From: Pseudonocardiaceae bacterium
GTDB lineage: Bacteria; Actinomycetota; Actinomycetes; Mycobacteriales; Pseudonocardiaceae
Length of the DNA: 64,000 bases
NCBI GenBank assembly: GCA_046262495.1
Contig: JBHEMR010000192.1
Location: 2,678 to 66,677, forward strand
Reading direction: 5' to 3'
Shown here: positions 61,277 through 64,000 of the stretch, piece after piece
Position numbering within the stretch: position 1 is the first letter of the stretch
Layout of the letters: every line of letters starts with the position of its first letter
Position numbers and translations under genes: made by a program
Notes under the pieces: generated by a model
Database searches by the model: none
Told to the model about the DNA's origin: nothing
The model's input: the letters and a program-made list of their open reading frames with translations, nothing else

Positions 61277-61684
61277 GTGGGCGCCCGCAGCAAAGCCCGC
61301 AAACGCGCTGTCGACATCCTCTTCGAATCCGACCTGCGCGGGCTGGACCCGATGGCGCTGCTCGCCGATCGGGTGGGAGCGCCGGAGTCGGCACCGGTCA
61401 GCGAGTACACGATCTCGTTGGTGCACGGGGTGGTTGAGCACGCTGACGACATCGATCGGTTGCTCGCCGAGCAAGCCCATGGTTGGGCGTTGGCCCGGAT
61501 GCCCGCTGTCGATCGGGCGGTGCTCCGCCTGGGCGTGTACGAATTATTGTTCTCTGCTGAGGTTGACGATGCCGTTGCCATCGACGAGGCGATCGAGCTC
61601 GCCAAGTTACTGTCCACCGACGACTCGCCCCGCTTCGTCAATGGAGTGCTCGGCGCCCTGGCCGCGCTACCGCGCAGCTCGTGA
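61277..61684 (+). CDS. nusB: transcription antitermination factor NusB
   Basis: ARSKARKRAVDILFE and the FVNGVL motif; efp-nusB synteny. Confidence 0.9.
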   Translation: MGARSKARKRAVDILFESDLRGLDPMALLADRVGAPESAPVSEYTISLVHGVVEHADDIDRLLAEQAHGWALARMPAVDRAVLRLGVYELLFSAEVDDAVAIDEAIELAKLLSTDDSPRFVNGVLGALAALPRSS

Positions 61685-61702
61685 GCGGCGATCGGTTTTC
61701 AG

Positions 61703-62200
61703 TCAGGCCTCTTCTTTGTCCTTCACCGGACGCGCCTCGGGAGGCAGCACCCCCCAGCCGATCAGCTGCTCGGTGAGATCGCCCGGCGACATGTCGTAAA
61801 TGATCGCCAGTGAGCGTAGGTCTTCGGTGCGGATGGACAGCACCTTGCCGTTGTAATCGCCGCGCTGGCTTTGGATCGTCGCGGCGTAGCGGGCCAGCGG
61901 ACCCACCTTGTCAACTGGGAGCTGCTGCAGGCGCTCCAGATTGATGACGATCTTGGTGGCTGGCTCGCTGCCGGAGGGTACTCGACCCTCAGGCAGCAGC
62001 TCAGGTACTGGGACACCGTAAAAGTCCGCAAGCTCGGCGAGCTTCTGCACCGTGACCGCCCGGTCGCCGCGCTCGTAAGAGCCGACCACCACAGCTTTCC
62101 AACGGCCCGCCGACTTTTGCTCAACACCGTGCAGCGACAAACCCTGCTGCTGTCGGATGCCGCGCAGTTTAGATCCCAACGCCTTGGCGTAGTCGCCCAT
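61703..62200 (-). CDS. bldD: developmental master regulator BldD (XRE-type HTH + c-di-GMP-binding C-terminal domain)
   Basis: Strong resemblance to my recollection of Streptomyces BldD ([54 protein letters not shown]; [21 protein letters not shown]). The position between nusB and pyrR matches Streptomyces. The RGD-x8-RTED motif is intact. Confidence 0.9.
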   Translation of the reverse strand: MGDYAKALGSKLRGIRQQQGLSLHGVEQKSAGRWKAVVVGSYERGDRAVTVQKLAELADFYGVPVPELLPEGRVPSGSEPATKIVINLERLQQLPVDKVGPLARYAATIQSQRGDYNGKVLSIRTEDLRSLAIIYDMSPGDLTEQLIGWGVLPPEARPVKDKEEA

Positions 62201-62449
62201 CTGGCCCCTTCTCCTTCTTCAGACCCCGACCAGCCAACGCCTTGGGGTGCCCCGCGAAAATCAAGGTGATACGGAGAGTAATGCTGCGCTGCGTAACCCC
62301 GCAGGTCAAGCCATTGGGGGTCGAAGACCGCGCAGAGTTACGCACACCACCCGGACGGGGCAGCGGTAGCGCGGCGGCACCTTCCGGCAATCCCGGTGAT
62401 AATGTCCGTCTGGGTCCGGCGCCGGTCCGGCACCTGACGTCCTTTAAGG

Positions 62450-62468
62450 CCCGTCCAGCGAGGCGGGG
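62450..62468 (+). promoter_or_regulatory. candidate PyrR-binding hairpin in the pyrR leader
   Basis: CCCG-UCCAGCGAGG-CGGG. The loop region GUCCAGCGAGGCG resembles the PyrR binding-loop consensus (R-UCCAGAGAGG-YU) and abuts the SD GGAAGGAGG. Confidence 0.45.
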
Positions 62469-62481
62469 AAGGAGGTCCACC

Positions 62482-63063
62482 GTGTCGTCCCCGTCCGGGA
62501 CGGGCGCGGTGGGCGAGGCAGGGCCCCCGCGGCAGCGTGAGCTGCTGTCGGCGGCCGAGGTCACGCGCATCGTCGCCCGGATGGCTCATCAGATCATCGA
62601 ACGCACCGCTCCCGAGCCGGTGGTGCTGGTCGGCATCCCTACTCGCGGCGTCCCACTGGCGCACCGGTTGGCGGAGCGGATCCGGGAGTTCGGCGGTTCT
62701 TCGCCACGCTTGGGAACCCTCGACATCACCCTTTACCGGGACGACCTTCGGCGGCGTCCGACCCGGGCGTTGCAGACTACTGAGCTGCCCGCTGGTGGGC
62801 TCGACGATGTGCTCGTCGTCCTGGTCGACGACGTGCTCTATAGCGGCCGGACCATTGCAGCGGCGTTGGACGCGCTGCGTGAGTATGGCCGACCCCGGGC
62901 AGTGCAACTCGCCGTGTTGGTCGACCGCGGCCATCGTGAACTGCCACTTCGTGCTGACTATGTAGGCAAAAACCTGCCGACATCTCGGGACGAGGAGGTT
63001 GGTGTGCTACTCGTCGAGACGGACGGCACCGATGCCGTTGTGATCCGCCGGAGCCAGCGGTGA
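62482..63063 (+). CDS. pyrR: bifunctional pyr operon regulator / uracil phosphoribosyltransferase PyrR
   Basis: GTG 62482 lies 6 nt after [31 protein letters not shown] and the PRPP motif [11 protein letters not shown] are present. Confidence 0.9.
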   Translation: MSSPSGTGAVGEAGPPRQRELLSAAEVTRIVARMAHQIIERTAPEPVVLVGIPTRGVPLAHRLAERIREFGGSSPRLGTLDITLYRDDLRRRPTRALQTTELPAGGLDDVLVVLVDDVLYSGRTIAAALDALREYGRPRAVQLAVLVDRGHRELPLRADYVGKNLPTSRDEEVGVLLVETDGTDAVVIRRSQR

Positions 63064-64000
63064 GGCATCTGCTGAGCACTGCTGATCTACCGCGAGATGC
63101 CGCCACCGCGTTACTCGACACCGCCGAGGCGCTCAAACAGTCGTTGCTGGGTCGGGAGGTGCGGAAGTTACCCACGCTGCGCGGGCGCACCGTGGTCACG
63201 TTGTTCTATGAGCAGTCCACACGCACCCGCGCGTCCTTCGAAATCGCCGGCAAGTGGATGAGTGCCGATGTAGTCAACATCTCTGCCGGTGACTCGTCGG
63301 TGGCCAAAGGTGAATCGCTGCGCGATACCGCGTTCACGCTCGCCGCGATGGGCGCAGACTGCGTGGTGATCCGCCACCCGGCCTCGGGTGCGGCTCATCG
63401 CCTCGCCACCTGGGTGCCCACGCACGTGATCAACGCTGGCGATGGCAGCCATCAGCATCCGACCCAGGCACTGTTAGATGCGGCTACACTACGTGACCGT
63501 TTGGGCACCCTGAATGGGCGGACCGTCACCATCGTAGGCGACGTGCTGCACAGCAGGGTCGCCCGCTCGAACATTGACCTTTTGATCACGCTGGGTGCCC
63601 GTGTCCATCTCGTCGCTCCGGCCACTCTGCTGCCCTGGGGTATCGAGAAGTGGGGCATACGAGACGATCGCGGCTGGCCGGTCACGGTCGGACATGACCT
63701 CGATGCCGCGTTACCCGGAAGCGACGCGGTGATGATGCTGCGGGTGCAGGCCGAACGAATGCGCGGCCAGTTCTTTCCCTCCGCCCGGGAGTACTCGATC
63801 ACATACGGGCTCACCGAGGCGCGTCTGGCGTTGTTGCCCGAGCACGCTGTAGTACTTCATCCAGGGCCGATGCTGCGTGGCATGGAAATCGCGCACTCGG
63901 TTGCCGACTCGCCCCGCGCCGCGATCAACGAACAGGTCCGTAACGGGGTGCACGTGCGGATGGCCGTGCTCTACCACCTCCTGGCAGGCCAAGAGGGTCA
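63060..64000 (+). CDS. pyrB: aspartate carbamoyltransferase catalytic subunit (3' end at or just beyond the window edge)
   Basis: Own translation from GTG 63060 (GTGA overlap with pyrR): [10 protein letters not shown]...[11 protein letters not shown]...[10 protein letters not shown]...LHPGPM. Not in the ORF track because no stop lies inside the window. Confidence 0.9.
   Translation, partial: MRHLLSTADLPRDAATALLDTAEALKQSLLGREVRKLPTLRGRTVVTLFYEQSTRTRASFEIAGKWMSADVVNISAGDSSVAKGESLRDTAFTLAAMGADCVVIRHPASGAAHRLATWVPTHVINAGDGSHQHPTQALLDAATLRDRLGTLNGRTVTIVGDVLHSRVARSNIDLLITLGARVHLVAPATLLPWGIEKWGIRDDRGWPVTVGHDLDAALPGSDAVMMLRVQAERMRGQFFPSAREYSITYGLTEARLALLPEHAVVLHPGPMLRGMEIAHSVADSPRAAINEQVRNGVHVRMAVLYHLLAGQEG

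Noticed and set aside
62289-62344. 8-bp inverted repeat TGCGTAAC...GTTACGCA in the bldD-pyrR intergenic region as a BldD box
   Set aside because: An 8-bp inverted repeat with a roughly 40-nt spacer is expected by chance, and it does not fit the compact BldD-box palindrome.

Overview
Visibly GC-rich actinobacterial (actinomycete-type) chromosomal segment. Almost all genes are on the + strand, and many are translationally coupled through ATGA/GTGA/GTTGA start-stop overlaps. The backbone is the conserved actinobacterial housekeeping array: thrS-HIT-pgsA-patA-pimA, pdxS/pdxT-yebC-ruvCAB-yajC-secDF-apt-relA-ppiB, aspS-rarA-alaS-ruvX-mltG, and aroC-aroK-aroB-aroQ-aminopeptidase-efp-nusB-bldD-pyrR-pyrB. 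Several accessory modules interrupt it: (1) an EF-G-like GTPase and a PHP-type metallohydrolase around pdxS; (2) a short VIT1/CCC1-family transporter with a long structured leader, between ruvB and yajC; (3) a membrane-anchored predicted pseudokinase between secF and apt; (4) a compact three-gene NIS (IucA/IucC x2 + PLP decarboxylase) metallophore module between rarA and alaS; (5) a ~13 kb nitrogen-scavenging island between the prepilin peptidase and aroC. This island contains urtABCDE, a urease operon with a fused ureB-ureC and no ureE, a decayed PhzF-family pseudogene, and a clear guanidine-I (ykkC) riboswitch aptamer in front of an arginase-fold ureohydrolase and an APC permease. The strongest lead is this riboswitch-controlled ureohydrolase/permease pair next to urease and a urea transporter, which suggests a guanidine (or guanidino compound) -> urea -> ammonia route. 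A second, divergent ykkC-like element sits on the minus strand upstream of the VIT-family gene. No rRNA, tRNA, CRISPR array, transposase or integrase was recognised. All calls come from reading the supplied ORF translations and the raw sequence by eye; no database search or folding program was run, so start codons and RNA boundaries are approximate.
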